Under the pieces are notes generated by a model that was not told the DNA's origin, searched no databases, and saw nothing but the letters and a program-made list of their open reading frames with translations. A DNA stretch of 64,000 nt from positions 128,001-192,000 of the forward strand of contig JBNKBE010000010.1 in the NCBI GenBank assembly GCA_050287085.1. Reading direction: 5' to 3'. The position numbers and the translations under genes were made by a program. This DNA is from Polyangiaceae bacterium (GTDB taxonomy: Bacteria > Myxococcota_A > Polyangia > Polyangiales > Polyangiaceae). This document shows, piece by piece, positions 19,640 to 30,400 of this stretch (its first letter is position 1; each line of letters opens with the position of its first letter).

Positions 19640-21121
19640 GTGAAGTGGTCTGTATGTTGTGCTGTGGGGCTGATTGGCCTCGTTTTCTCGCTGGCTGTGA
19701 GCCCCGATGTCGCTGCCGCACCGTCGGGGCGGGCGAGGTTGGAATCGTTGTTTCGTCTGGGCGGGCCGGAGTACCACGCGGACACCGCGCGCTGCGATTG
19801 GCTCAGGCAACAGGCCCGCGGACTCGATGTCCAGCTTGGGCTCCGTCGGGAGCAGCCCTCACGGCTTCGGCTAGAGGTCGACGGAAGGCTTTGGGGCACC
19901 CTTCCTGGCGCCACCCATGTGGCGCTTCGGCAGGCCAACGGCGAGATGGCGGCATTGTGGCTGACGGCATCAGCGAGGGCGCGATTGGCGCTTCGAGGCA
20001 AGCTACCGAAGGTGGGGCAGCAGGTGGCGTTGTTCTTGGAGCAGGAGCAGGAGCAGGTCGCGGTTTTCTGTGGACGCGTCGCAGAGGCGACTGTTTCTGA
20101 GCACTCAGGGCTTGCACTTGTCGCCTATGCGCCAGGCCCCGGCGGCGGGGAAAGAACTCGCTTGTGGACCGAGATGCGACCAGAAGAGATCGTTTCGGCC
20201 ATCGCACAGGAGCACGGGCTCAGTGTTGAGCTGACCCAGGGCGACCTCCCCGTGATCACGGTGCGGCAACAGAAGGAGCCGGACTGGGACTTCCTGAGGC
20301 GCTTGGCGGCGACATGGAATCATTCGTTGGTGCTGCGCGAAGGCCGCCTGCATTTTTCGAGGGGTGGGTATGTGCGCACTGTGCCTCAGCACGCCCGGAA
20401 GGACTTCCGAGACATGACCTACGTCGACGTGGTCCAGAGCATCGCGGCGGAGCTGGGGTTGACGGCGGAAGTCGACGTACCCACACAACCCGTCGAAGCG
20501 ATCATTCGACAGCGCCGGCGCTCCGAGCTCGTGTTCTTGAGAGATGCGGGGGTGGGTCGTGGTCTCGACTTCAGGCTGCTTTCCGGACGCCGTGCGCGTG
20601 TTACGGTGGGCCAGCAACTGTCTGCCCCGCCCGCTGACGTACTGCTCTACGAGTTCAGTCTAACGTCTGCTTCGCCAGGTTATGCCGAAACGTCCGCCAC
20701 GAGCGCGGGGGGCGCAGCTCGTTTGGTTCGTGCGCAGGTGGCGCCGCAGAGTAGCGGACTGGGCCAAGCTCCGCCCCCCCTGTTTTCGCTGCGGAGCGCG
20801 CTTCCGACAACGAGGGGGGTCTCCGCGGCGCTGGCGCGGGTGATCTCTCTGGCACGGGCCGATTCGCCGGGAGATCCGGCAACGGAGTTCTTGGCTGCGG
20901 AGGCCGAACGCCAGCGGCAGACTCTGATTCATGCTTTCTCTCTCAACCCGCAGGGGTTAGCGCGCCTCGAAGCCCTCGCTTCGTCCGAGCCGGTCGTTCC
21001 GGCATCGAAGCCGTCCACCCGGCACACGGCGCCGCCATACGGCGCAGCCGGCAACCCGGTGCAGCCGGCACACGATGCAACCGGTAACAACAAGGCGAAG
21101 CCGGTAACAAGGCGGAAGTAA
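19640..21121 (+). CDS. Exported protein with duplicated phage late-control D (GpD) / contractile-injection hub-like segment
   Basis: Signal-like leader; two copies of R.(W/F)..M...(I/V)V..IA.E.GL..E......RQ.....FLR. Confidence 0.6.
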   Translation: MKWSVCCAVGLIGLVFSLAVSPDVAAAPSGRARLESLFRLGGPEYHADTARCDWLRQQARGLDVQLGLRREQPSRLRLEVDGRLWGTLPGATHVALRQANGEMAALWLTASARARLALRGKLPKVGQQVALFLEQEQEQVAVFCGRVAEATVSEHSGLALVAYAPGPGGGERTRLWTEMRPEEIVSAIAQEHGLSVELTQGDLPVITVRQQKEPDWDFLRRLAATWNHSLVLREGRLHFSRGGYVRTVPQHARKDFRDMTYVDVVQSIAAELGLTAEVDVPTQPVEAIIRQRRRSELVFLRDAGVGRGLDFRLLSGRRARVTVGQQLSAPPADVLLYEFSLTSASPGYAETSATSAGGAARLVRAQVAPQSSGLGQAPPPLFSLRSALPTTRGVSAALARVISLARADSPGDPATEFLAAEAERQRQTLIHAFSLNPQGLARLEALASSEPVVPASKPSTRHTAPPYGAAGNPVQPAHDATGNNKAKPVTRRK

Positions 21122-21289
21122 GTCGCGGCGATCTCGACCAGCTCGCGACGGACCTTCTCCTCCGCGAGCCCCAAGTCGCGGTGAGCGTGTTCAGTCCGCA
21201 TGTCCCAGCGCGGTGGGGGACAGCGGCTGGCACCACCGCACAGCGGGTGGCTGCGCGCCCCCTGTGCGGCCGTGTTATGGGCAACTTGC

Positions 21290-21317
21290 CAGAGCGTTCG
21301 ATAATTCGAACACTCTG
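21290..21317. promoter_or_regulatory. Inverted repeat upstream of pirin (possible LysR-type operator)
   Basis: CAGAGcGTTCGA-taat-TCGAACaCTCTG containing T-N11-A. Confidence 0.45.
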
Positions 21318-21409
21318 TTGCCGACGACCGGGTTGTCGTCTGGCTCATGCCCCGGCATCTTGAGTCCTTCGCCGAGACATCCAATTGAGTTCTTCAGGAG
21401 CCGCCCGTT

Positions 21410-22117
21410 ATGTTTGAGCTTCGCCGCGCGCAGGAAAGAGGGCACGCCAGCCATGGCTGGCTCGACAGTCGTCACACCTTCTCGTTTGCCGATTACTACG
21501 ATCCGCGTTTCATGGGGTTTGGGGTTCTGCGCGTGATCAACGACGATCGGGTGGCTCCGGGGGCTGGCTTTGGGACACACCCTCACCGCAACATGGAGAT
21601 CGTCTCCTATGTCGTAGAAGGCGAGCTCGAGCATCGAGATAGCATGGGTCACGGCTCCGTCATCAGAGCGGGTGAGGTTCAGCGTATGACCGCGGGTACA
21701 GGCGTGACTCATAGCGAATACAATCACTCCAAGAATGCTGGCCTTCGTTTCCTTCAGATCTGGATCATTCCGGAGCGTGCTGGTCTGGAGCCGAGCTACG
21801 AGCAAAAGTCCTTCGGTGAGAAGGGGCGCAATGACTTGTGTCTGGTCGCCTCACCCAGAGGAGGCGAAGACGCGGTGCTCGTGCATCAAGACGTCAATCT
21901 GTACACATCGCAGTTGGAGCCCGGCAGCAGCGTGGTTCACGAACTCAGGCCGGGCCGCCAGGTTTGGCTGCAGATGATCAGCGGCGAGGTGACACTCCTC
22001 GAGCAAACGCTGCACGGCGGGGACGGAATAGCTGTGGTGGATGAGCGGCAGCTGGTTGTGGGCGCGCAGCGCGCCGCGCATTTCCTCCTGTTTGATATGT
22101 CGCGAAAGGTCGCTTGA
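21410..22117 (+). CDS. Pirin family protein (YhhW-like)
   Basis: HGWLDSRHTFSF, LRVINDD, GFGTHPHRNMEI, HRDSMG, LQIWI. Confidence 0.93.
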   Translation: MFELRRAQERGHASHGWLDSRHTFSFADYYDPRFMGFGVLRVINDDRVAPGAGFGTHPHRNMEIVSYVVEGELEHRDSMGHGSVIRAGEVQRMTAGTGVTHSEYNHSKNAGLRFLQIWIIPERAGLEPSYEQKSFGEKGRNDLCLVASPRGGEDAVLVHQDVNLYTSQLEPGSSVVHELRPGRQVWLQMISGEVTLLEQTLHGGDGIAVVDERQLVVGAQRAAHFLLFDMSRKVA

Positions 22118-22118
22118 G

Positions 22119-22649
22119 ATGAAACTTATTGGATATGTTGGTAGCCTGCGTCAGGAATCCGTCAACCGAAGACTCCTGACGGCGTTGAAGACTCACTTGC
22201 CGGAGGGTGTTGTGCTCGAGGAGCAGCGTTATGGCGATGTCCCGCTGTACAACGCGGACCTCGACAAGCCAAAATCCGTTGTCGAGTTGGAGAGGGCGCT
22301 GCGGGATGCCGATGGCGTTGTCATCGCAACTCCGGAGTTCAACTACGGCATTCCTGGGCCGCTCAAGAACGTCATCGACTGGTTGTCGCGTCCCGCCTAC
22401 CAGTCTGGTTGGGCCAAGAAGCCCGTCGCTGTGCTGGGAGCATCCGTGGGCCCCATCGGCTCCGCCCGCGCGCAGGGACAGCTCAAGCAGGTATTGCTCG
22501 GCATGGCGGCGCTCGTATTCCCCTATCCAGAGATCACCGTGGGGGTTGCTGGAGCCAAGTTTGACGGAAGCGGCGCGCTCGTAGATGAGAAGACCCACGC
22601 CGAGTTGGAGCGCATGAGTCGCGAGTTTGTCGCGTTCGTCAGGCGATAA
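22119..22649 (+). CDS. NAD(P)H-dependent FMN reductase (ChrR-like)
   Basis: GSLRQES, TPEFNYGIPGPLKNVIDWLSR. Confidence 0.9.
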   Translation: MKLIGYVGSLRQESVNRRLLTALKTHLPEGVVLEEQRYGDVPLYNADLDKPKSVVELERALRDADGVVIATPEFNYGIPGPLKNVIDWLSRPAYQSGWAKKPVAVLGASVGPIGSARAQGQLKQVLLGMAALVFPYPEITVGVAGAKFDGSGALVDEKTHAELERMSREFVAFVRR

Positions 22650-22749
22650 GCTCCCCCGAGGCTAGCACCAAGGTCCGCAGAAAGCCCCCGCGTTGGCGAG
22701 ATAGGCCAGCTTGCTACAAAGGCAGTGCTCCCCTCGCGGGCGAGCGCTG

Positions 22750-23946
22750 CTACGCGGTCAGACTGGCAGCAACCAGTTTGGACAGCGCATTGTCGGCGCG
22801 CGGGACGATACGGACGCGTTCGCATTGATTGAACGCTGCAACGCGCTGCAACCTGCGAGCCAGCTTCTTCGCGAATCGCGATGCGTCTCGAATGGGGGCC
22901 TCGATGTGCAGAGCTTTGATGACGAGCGTCTTCGTCTTGCGGTCGGCGGTTGGATCAAGTCGCCCCACGATATCTGTGCCGTAGAGTATCGGCAGGCAGT
23001 AGTACCCAAATTGGCGCTTGGCCGCCGGCACGAAGCATTCGAGCTGGTAGTCGCTGCCGAAGAGTTGCCGGATGCGCTTTCGTTGAACCACGAGATTGTC
23101 GAATGGCGACAGTAGGTGAACGTTGGCAGTGATGCGTCGCGCCGCCAACGCTTCTAGGGTTGAGCTTGTCGTGTAGTAGGTTTGGGGAACGCCCGATACG
23201 GATATCTGAAGCAAGTCTCCCATCTCTAGTCGTTCCTGTATCCTGGTCCTTGCTCCGAGCAGCGTTCCTTTGCGGAGGTAGGTCACTTCGCGTTCGGTCA
23301 CCAGACCATGGGCAAGGATGGCACTCGAGATGAGGTGGTCCAGGAACTCGCGCTCGGAAGGCATGCGGGTATCGAGAGCCGCGGGCAGAGCACGTTCGGG
23401 AAGGTCGTACACCTTCTGGAACCCTTCCCTGCGGCATGCGATCAGCTTTCCCTCGATAAATAGCTGTTCCAGTGCGATCTTGGCCGGCTTCCAGTTCCAA
23501 CCCCAATGGTCGTCACGACTCCTAGAATCGTCGAAATCTCGAGCTCTCAGCGGGCCCTCAGCGCGGACGCGATCCAAGACCGCTCGCATTGCTTTCTTGT
23601 CGGGTCTCCGCCAGTGCTTTTGTCCGGAGGCAATCGCATGCATGTAGGGCAGACAGAAGCGATAGTGGCTCATCGGGACATAGGCGGCCGCATGCGTCCA
23701 GTACTCGAAGACTCTGCCTTCGCGTTGAAGGGCATCCAGGTGGTGTTGGGCATAGCTCGGTACGCGGCACCACAGGGTGTGGTCGTGGGAGCGCCGGATG
23801 ACCGAGATGGTATCAATTTGGACGTAGCCAATTCGCTCGATGCAGCGCTCGACGGCGTCCTTTCCTGAGCCGAATGGCCCCGACGCATGTAGCCCTTGGC
23901 TGAGCACCGCGAGTTTGCGAGCCTCTTGTACGGAGAGTTCAAGCAC
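22750..23946 (-). CDS. YcaQ/AlkZ-family winged-helix DNA glycosylase (crosslink repair)
   Basis: QIDTISV (QxD), FEYWTHAA, LLSPFDNL, KRQFGYYCLPIL. Confidence 0.88.
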   Translation of the reverse strand: MLELSVQEARKLAVLSQGLHASGPFGSGKDAVERCIERIGYVQIDTISVIRRSHDHTLWCRVPSYAQHHLDALQREGRVFEYWTHAAAYVPMSHYRFCLPYMHAIASGQKHWRRPDKKAMRAVLDRVRAEGPLRARDFDDSRSRDDHWGWNWKPAKIALEQLFIEGKLIACRREGFQKVYDLPERALPAALDTRMPSEREFLDHLISSAILAHGLVTEREVTYLRKGTLLGARTRIQERLEMGDLLQISVSGVPQTYYTTSSTLEALAARRITANVHLLSPFDNLVVQRKRIRQLFGSDYQLECFVPAAKRQFGYYCLPILYGTDIVGRLDPTADRKTKTLVIKALHIEAPIRDASRFAKKLARRLQRVAAFNQCERVRIVPRADNALSKLVAASLTA

Positions 23947-24105
23947 AGCCGGAGCGTAGCATAGGTGGTGTGCTCGGCAGTGCGCAAAGCAAGAACGGCT
24001 GTAGCATCGTGTCGACCCCGTGGGTAAGGCCGCCTGAATCGTCCAATCGATGGCCGGGGTCGATTAACCGTGTGCTTCAACCAAGTCAGGCGCATGCTCC
24101 CTGTC

Positions 24106-24555
24106 ATGAAGCCATTCACGCTTGGTAAGAGCTTGCTCCTCGTCTTGTCGCTTGCACATATGAGTTGCGCTCAGCGCCAGGCGCCTCCCCCCGCTTCGCC
24201 TGAAGCGACCTTCGGCCAATGTTCCCCTGCTGGTGGTACTCCAGAGGCTTCGCCTGCGGAGCAAGACCCGGCGCTGACAGATGGAGACAAGTATCGTGTC
24301 ATTCTCGACAACAGTCACGTTCGGGTATTTCACTACACGGACAAGCCTGGTGACAAGACCCACCAGCATCATCATTCGGAGTTCGTGCTCTACGCGCTAT
24401 CCTCATTTCGGAGGAAGCTATCTTTTCCGGATGGGACATCCAAAGAGCGTGACTTCACAGCAGGGGATGTCATCTGGATGCCGGAGCAGACACATATTGG
24501 CGAGAACAAGGGCTCAACCGATACCGACGTGCTTATCGTGGAGATGAAGCGCTGA
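24106..24555 (+). CDS. Small cupin-like lipoprotein
   Basis: LAHMSC lipobox; KYRVILDN..VRV, HHH, QTHIGEN. Confidence 0.75.
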   Translation: MKPFTLGKSLLLVLSLAHMSCAQRQAPPPASPEATFGQCSPAGGTPEASPAEQDPALTDGDKYRVILDNSHVRVFHYTDKPGDKTHQHHHSEFVLYALSSFRRKLSFPDGTSKERDFTAGDVIWMPEQTHIGENKGSTDTDVLIVEMKR

Positions 24556-24607
24556 TAGACCGGAGGCGGGAGCATTCGTCTCTGACGAGGGGTCGACATT
24601 CCTCCTG

Positions 24608-25579
24608 TCAGAGACGAAATTCACCCACGGCGGACTCGCAGCCTTCCCAGCAGAGCGCGATGTTTTGGGGATCCAAGAGCAGTGATTCCGGTGTGAGCTT
24701 TACGGCGATGCCCGTCATGGCTTCGGGGCCGTAGAAGTCGCCAGAGTTCGCGCTTGGATCGGCGCAAGAGCGAATGATGCCTAGCGCACCGTCCTCGGCG
24801 GTCTGGGCTTGTGACATGATGGGATGACTTGCATTCACGCCGCCGAACTCTGCTGAGGTCACTTGTAGACTCGTGCGTGCCACGCCAGGGTGAGCTAGCA
24901 GAACCTTCACGTTCTGGATACCAGCCGCCTCCAGGCGCTGCTTCAGACCGTAGCTGAAGGTGCAGTTTGCCAGCTTGGACTGGTGATATCGCTCCCAGCG
25001 CGGTCCACTGAAGTTGGCGATTTCTTCCGGCTCGCCATTGCCGCCTAGATTTCCGCCATTCCTGCCGAAGTATTTGGGGTCGTGATCGGAGCCCAGGCGA
25101 GCGCCAGAGCTGTGGCTTACGACGCGGGCTTCCTGGCTATTGCGCAGGAGCGGAAATAGTTCCTTGGTCAATAGAAATGGGGAGAGCATGTTCGTCTGCA
25201 TCTGTACATCGTATCCGTCAGCGGTCGCGACATCTGGCAGAGCCATTACACCGGCGTTGTTGCACAACACGTCGAGTCGATCGAAGCGGCGTCGAATGGC
25301 CGCGGCCGCGCTTCGGACGCTTTCGAACGCTTGCAGGTTGCATGGGAAAGGGACGAAGTCTCCGTCTGGAACTTCTCGCTTCAGCCCAGCGAGCGCCTGT
25401 TCCTCGCGCACACTAGCACGATTGAGCAAGAGTAGGGTTGCGCCGAGCTTCGCCAGTTCGCGTGCGCACACGTAGCCCGTGCCGCTTGTGGTGCCGGTGA
25501 TGGCCACCACGCGGCCGGTCATGTCCTGGGTGTGCTTCGCCAGCACTTCGTCTAGGTACTTCGTCTCGAGGGTTGTCAT
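24608..25579 (-). CDS. SDR oxidoreductase (retinol dehydrogenase-like)
   Basis: TGTTSGTG, NNAGVM, YHQSK, HPG. Confidence 0.9.
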   Translation of the reverse strand: MTTLETKYLDEVLAKHTQDMTGRVVAITGTTSGTGYVCARELAKLGATLLLLNRASVREEQALAGLKREVPDGDFVPFPCNLQAFESVRSAAAAIRRRFDRLDVLCNNAGVMALPDVATADGYDVQMQTNMLSPFLLTKELFPLLRNSQEARVVSHSSGARLGSDHDPKYFGRNGGNLGGNGEPEEIANFSGPRWERYHQSKLANCTFSYGLKQRLEAAGIQNVKVLLAHPGVARTSLQVTSAEFGGVNASHPIMSQAQTAEDGALGIIRSCADPSANSGDFYGPEAMTGIAVKLTPESLLLDPQNIALCWEGCESAVGEFRL

Positions 25580-25761
25580 GGTCACTATCTTCCTTGGAGC
25601 AGGGTCGCCGTGTCGCGAAGAGACGACCACGGTGGAGTCCGTAGGATAACGCGCGGGCAAGGGCCACGCGTGCCATATCCTATGGACCTCGTGCCTGATC
25701 CTCTCGACCTGCGTGATTTTGAGCTAGACGGGCCGGGCCTCGAGTACACTTCGGACCCGAG

Positions 25762-26643
25762 ATGAAGCATCAACGGCTCTTGGAGCGCGTCCAAGAATCC
25801 CTTCGCACTGAGCCACTTTCCCATGGGGGGTGTCAGTGTCTATCGAGGTTTGGGATGACGCTTCTTTCAGAGCGTGCGCCGACGGCGTTTGAGGCGAGCA
25901 TCTACGAGCCGGTCGCGTGTCTGATTTTGCAGGGACAGAAGGAAACCACGATCGCCGAGCAGACTCGAGTCGTGTCTGCTGGGGAGTGTATTGTCGTCAG
26001 TCACGATCTGCCTGTGCTTGCCCGGGTGACAGTGGCCTCTCGGACACGTCCGTACATCGCAGTGATCGTTGAACTGGACTTGTCCGTATTGCGCGGCCTC
26101 TATGATGAAGTGGATCCAGCCTATCTTGAGATGGCTGCGGCCCGCTCCATGGAAGTGGCTCCGATCGAAGACGCCGTTGAAGATGTAGTGATTCGCTACC
26201 TGCAGCTATTGAAGGATCCGCTTGCGGGGCGAGTTCTATTGCCGCTGGTGCGCAAAGAGCTGCACTTTCGGCTATTGGTCTCCAAGGCGGGGGCCATGCT
26301 GCGAGCGTTGATTCACCGAGACAGCAACGAGAGCAACATCGCTCGCGCGATCCAGACGCTTCGGGCTGAATTTCGGCAGTCGTGGGACATCCCGGAGCTC
26401 GCCCGATCCGTTGGGATGAGTGCGTCGGTCTTCCACAAGCACTTCAAGGCGGTTACTATGACGACGCCTCTTCAGTATCAAAAGGCATTGCGTCTGATGG
26501 AAGCGCGTCGCCTGTTGCGGCGCGGTGCCTGCAGCGTTGCAAGGGCTGCTTTTGAAGTCGGCTACGAGAGCCCTTCGCAGTTCAGTCGCGAGTATGCCAG
26601 GAGGTTTGGCAAGCCACCTAGCGCGGACCTGGGTGTCCCTTGA
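25762..26643 (+). CDS. AraC-family regulator (YqhC-like), divergent from the SDR gene
   Basis: YEP..CLILQGQK, GMS.S.FHKHFK, VGYESPSQFSREY. Confidence 0.9.
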   Translation: MKHQRLLERVQESLRTEPLSHGGCQCLSRFGMTLLSERAPTAFEASIYEPVACLILQGQKETTIAEQTRVVSAGECIVVSHDLPVLARVTVASRTRPYIAVIVELDLSVLRGLYDEVDPAYLEMAAARSMEVAPIEDAVEDVVIRYLQLLKDPLAGRVLLPLVRKELHFRLLVSKAGAMLRALIHRDSNESNIARAIQTLRAEFRQSWDIPELARSVGMSASVFHKHFKAVTMTTPLQYQKALRLMEARRLLRRGACSVARAAFEVGYESPSQFSREYARRFGKPPSADLGVP

Positions 26644-26802
26644 AACGAGCGCTCCGGTTCTGCTGCGGGGCCGAGCCTTTGGGGGGCATTGCCACGCGAT
26701 TGTTGTCTACTTCGCTACGCATCGCCCGCAAAGCAGGCTAACGTCCGCGTAACGTCAGCCCAGACGTCCAGCCAACCCCTGGTCCGCGTGACTTCGAGCC
26801 AT

Positions 26803-27120
26803 ATGCTAGCCCCGCCCCCGCCCCCCTCATCGTCACCTTTCGACGCCGACAGCCAGTCGTCCGCGCTGGATCCCTCTTTTGGGCAGTGCTGTGGCGTGCT
26901 GGCACTCATGTTCATTCCCTTCTTGGGGACGATGGCTCTGGCCCTGTACGGCTTTCGGCGCCGAGGTTCTCAGCTGCGCGCTTTGATCCGCGCCGCCATG
27001 GTGTGGAACGTGTTGTTGTCGCTGCTACTCCTTCTGGTGCTAGTTGCCGCAGGGTATGCTGCGTTCTTCATTGCCAACTTGATCTGGGCCGCGTTCAGTG
27101 GCCTCGCCCCGGTGAAATGA
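26803..27120 (+). CDS. Small membrane protein
   Basis: Hydrophobic segments, FIPFLG...RA motif. Confidence 0.6.
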   Translation: MLAPPPPPSSSPFDADSQSSALDPSFGQCCGVLALMFIPFLGTMALALYGFRRRGSQLRALIRAAMVWNVLLSLLLLLVLVAAGYAAFFIANLIWAAFSGLAPVK

Positions 27121-27359
27121 TGCAAACGCCCGCGAGCTCCCACCGGCCTCTTACGATGGCCGGTTGCTTTGGTCTTATCACGTGTCTGTTCATTCCCGTT
27201 TTTGGACTCGGACCGCTGGTGTACACGGCAGCGTTCAGTCGTCACCCCGGGAAGGTGAGACTGGCTCGCGCTCTGCTGGTTTACGCTGCTGCGCTGTATG
27301 CCGCTGCGCTGTACGCCGCTGTCCTGTGGGCGCTGCCTGTGCTGATGCAGACTCGCTAA
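27117..27359 (+). CDS. Small membrane protein, apparent paralog of the upstream gene
   Basis: ATGA overlap; FIPVFG...ARA motif; YAAAL repeat. Confidence 0.55.
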   Translation: MMQTPASSHRPLTMAGCFGLITCLFIPVFGLGPLVYTAAFSRHPGKVRLARALLVYAAALYAAALYAAVLWALPVLMQTR

Positions 27360-27492
27360 GGGCCCGCTTGGGAAAGTCAGTCGCGAGCCGGTCGAGACGC
27401 CGCAGCAAGAGGATCGGCCGGCGTAGTATGACTTTCCCGTCCGCGGGCCCCAAGGGTGCCGGCCGAGTGAAGAGCTGAGGCCGCAGGCGCCA

Positions 27493-30400
27493 TCAGGGGC
27501 CAACCGGGGTACAGGCTGCAGAGTATTCGTCTTCGGCGAATGGGTTCGCTCGATTGTTTGTCAGTCTCCCGAGCGTTCGAATTTCCAGCGAATCGATCGT
27601 GCCCTCGAACTCGAGCACGTCCCAGAAGAAGCCGCTACCGCTGGTTGGCACCGCAAACGACATGATGGGTGCTGAGTCCTCATAAACCACTACTTCGGCT
27701 TCAGAGCCCTCGAAGCCGTCAGCGCCGTCGTTCTGGGCCGAGAAGTTGTGGACGTAGAGCGTATAGACCCCGGGCAATACGTCCACGATGCGGATGCTCT
27801 CGGGGCCATCGGCCGCTAGGTGGTCGACCTCGAATAGTGCAAAGGGCTCTTCTTCTGCGGAGCCGGCACATTCTCCGAATGCGACTTCGTCTCCGCTCGG
27901 CAACAAGAGATGTAGATCCATGTCGTCGGGACGCGCCCAGTTGAGCACGAAGGAGAAGCCGGGCGCGCCACGGGGGATGAGGTGCACGTCGCGGAGGTCA
28001 CTGTCCCCGCATGCCGAAACCTCGCGCAAGCCGCTCGCTTCGTATCCGTCGGCGCTCACTTCAATCGTGTAGTATCCGCCAGTAAGTCCTTCAACGAGGT
28101 ATAAGCCGTCCGTATCGCTGACCACGTTGTCGAGCAATGGGTCACTGCTGGAAGCGCCAGGCCCTTCTCGGATCTCAATGGTGGCGTCAACAACGGGCTC
28201 GCCGGTGAAGCCGTCGATCACGTGCCCACCTAGAGACGCCGCTTCTAGCGCGCAGGCTTCGTCAAGCGCTTTGAGCTCGACGAGCTGAACAACCACGCCG
28301 TCCTCGTTGATGGCAACACCAAGCTGAGCGGTGACATAGCCTTCAGCAACGATTTCGACTCCGTATTCACCGCAGGGTAGCAGTTCGGATTCAAAGGTGC
28401 CGTCACTACCGCTTGTGGTCTCTCCGCCGTAGCTTACCACGGCGCCTTCAACGGGTTGTCTTGTCTCGAAGTCGACAACGCGGCCGGCGAATTGTCCCTC
28501 GCACTCGGTTCCAGAAGCCGTGTCATCGTCGTCGGGGACGTCATCCTCGGGCGCTTCGCGACAACCGCACCAGATCTCGCCGGCTTCCTGGAAGCTCAGT
28601 TCCTCGTAGTTGTCGATGTCGAGGTAGATGACCGTGTCTGGGATCTCCAGCGAGTCGCATAGGGATATCGCGGCTCCGTCAAAGGCGTCTTCCGTTCCGA
28701 AGCGCAAGTGGCGGCCTGCGAACTCCCCGCACACCTCGCACAGTGGACCAGGTTCAGTCGTCTTGAGCGTCTCCAGGTCCTCCGCGGTGGTGACCGTGCA
28801 CCACTCCGTAGCAAAGCCCTTGTGGAAGGCGCGAGCCAGGGCATCGGCGCGGTCCTCGTCGGTGGCGAACTGCGTTTCGAGGGAGAAGCTTGGCTCGTAC
28901 GGTGTTGGGGGGTCGTTGTAGTGGGCGGGAGGATCGTGTTGGTACTCGGAGGCGCCGTTGTGATTGACGCCGAGGACCGCTGGAAGTCCGGTGGCGGTGT
29001 CGATTCCGTCAGGGTTGGAGCGCGCCCGATCTTCGATGAAGTCGGCCACACCAGCTAGGTCGAGCCGAAATTGAGCTCGCATGTCCTCGGGAATGCTGGT
29101 CATTCCGGCCGATTCGGAGAGCCCGATGATGACCTCGGCCGCACTGCCCTCGCGGTCACCGAGGGCCTTGAGCGGGATGGTGTGCGCCGCGATGAGAGGA
29201 TTCAGGGGAGCGTGGATATAGAATGTGAAGTGTTTTGCGGCCATCAGCGTGATATGCCCAAAAATGGGAGCATCGAAGCCGATCTCCGGCAGAACCTGCA
29301 CGTCCTCCAGAACGGCGTCGACGCCCGCGCCGAGCCACATCGACGCGTTGGTCGCGCGCTGCGCAAAACACAAGTCAGAGTACTCCTCGCTGAGTGGTGG
29401 CGGAACGGTATTGCCTGATACTACTGCGAGCCCAGCTGCGTCTGCGACATCCTGAATACTCGATTCCGCGCAACCCACGAGCCGCTGCCAGGCATGGCGA
29501 TAGGTGAACGAAGTGCTGAGATCGGAGGCAAATAGGTCACCAATACCGGCATGCTTACTTCCGTCCGCCCCGTCGATATAAGCAGGCGGTTCGAGCGGCA
29601 CATCCGGTGCCACACAGACGAACTCGGAGCTATCACACGGAAAGTCGCGCGGATCGATCGGTGCACACATAGCGTCTCGGAAGTCGACGCGGCCTCCAGA
29701 GAGGCCAATCTTTCGCACCCATTCGTTGGTGTCGATCGCCTCTTGGAGGACACCCTTTGCGCCATGGATTAGACCTGCCGAGAGTGCTGCTAGCAGTCCG
29801 CGTTCTCGCCAGTCATCGTCTCCAAAGTCGAGGGGCTCGGGACCGCCCCAGCGCTGCCACATATGGCCCATGCTCCACGCGTCTTGCAGATAGTGGTGGG
29901 CAATCGCTTCGAAAGTAAACGCCTGCTGGTCGCATTGCTCGAGGTATTCGGGGAAGCTCAGGTCAAGGCGAGCGCGCATGTTGCCACAGACCGTTGCGCG
30001 TTCCACGGCAAGCTCGTGATAGTATCGATACCAATTCTCCGCTTGAGGCAGGAAGTGGCTGGAGTTCAGCGTACCCATATGAGAGCTAAACGAGTGACAG
30101 GCGCGCACCGTCTGGAGCGGACCGATGGGACAGACTTCATTGCCCATAGCCCAATCCCAAAGCGAGTACGCCAGGTCCGGCAGTTGGGTCATCTCGGCGA
30201 TCTTGTATTCGCGCCGCGCGATGTTTGTCGTTTCGGCAAACGGGTGCGGCTGCACCGTTTCGACGCCTTCCACGCGTGCGGCGATCGTGGGCACTTCGAG
30301 GCGAACAGTCGCACGCAGATGATCCGGGAGGTCCATAGGACCTGTGATGCGGTCCCAAAGTTGTGCGTGTTCTGAGTCGTGAGCGTTCCACCGCCGGCGG

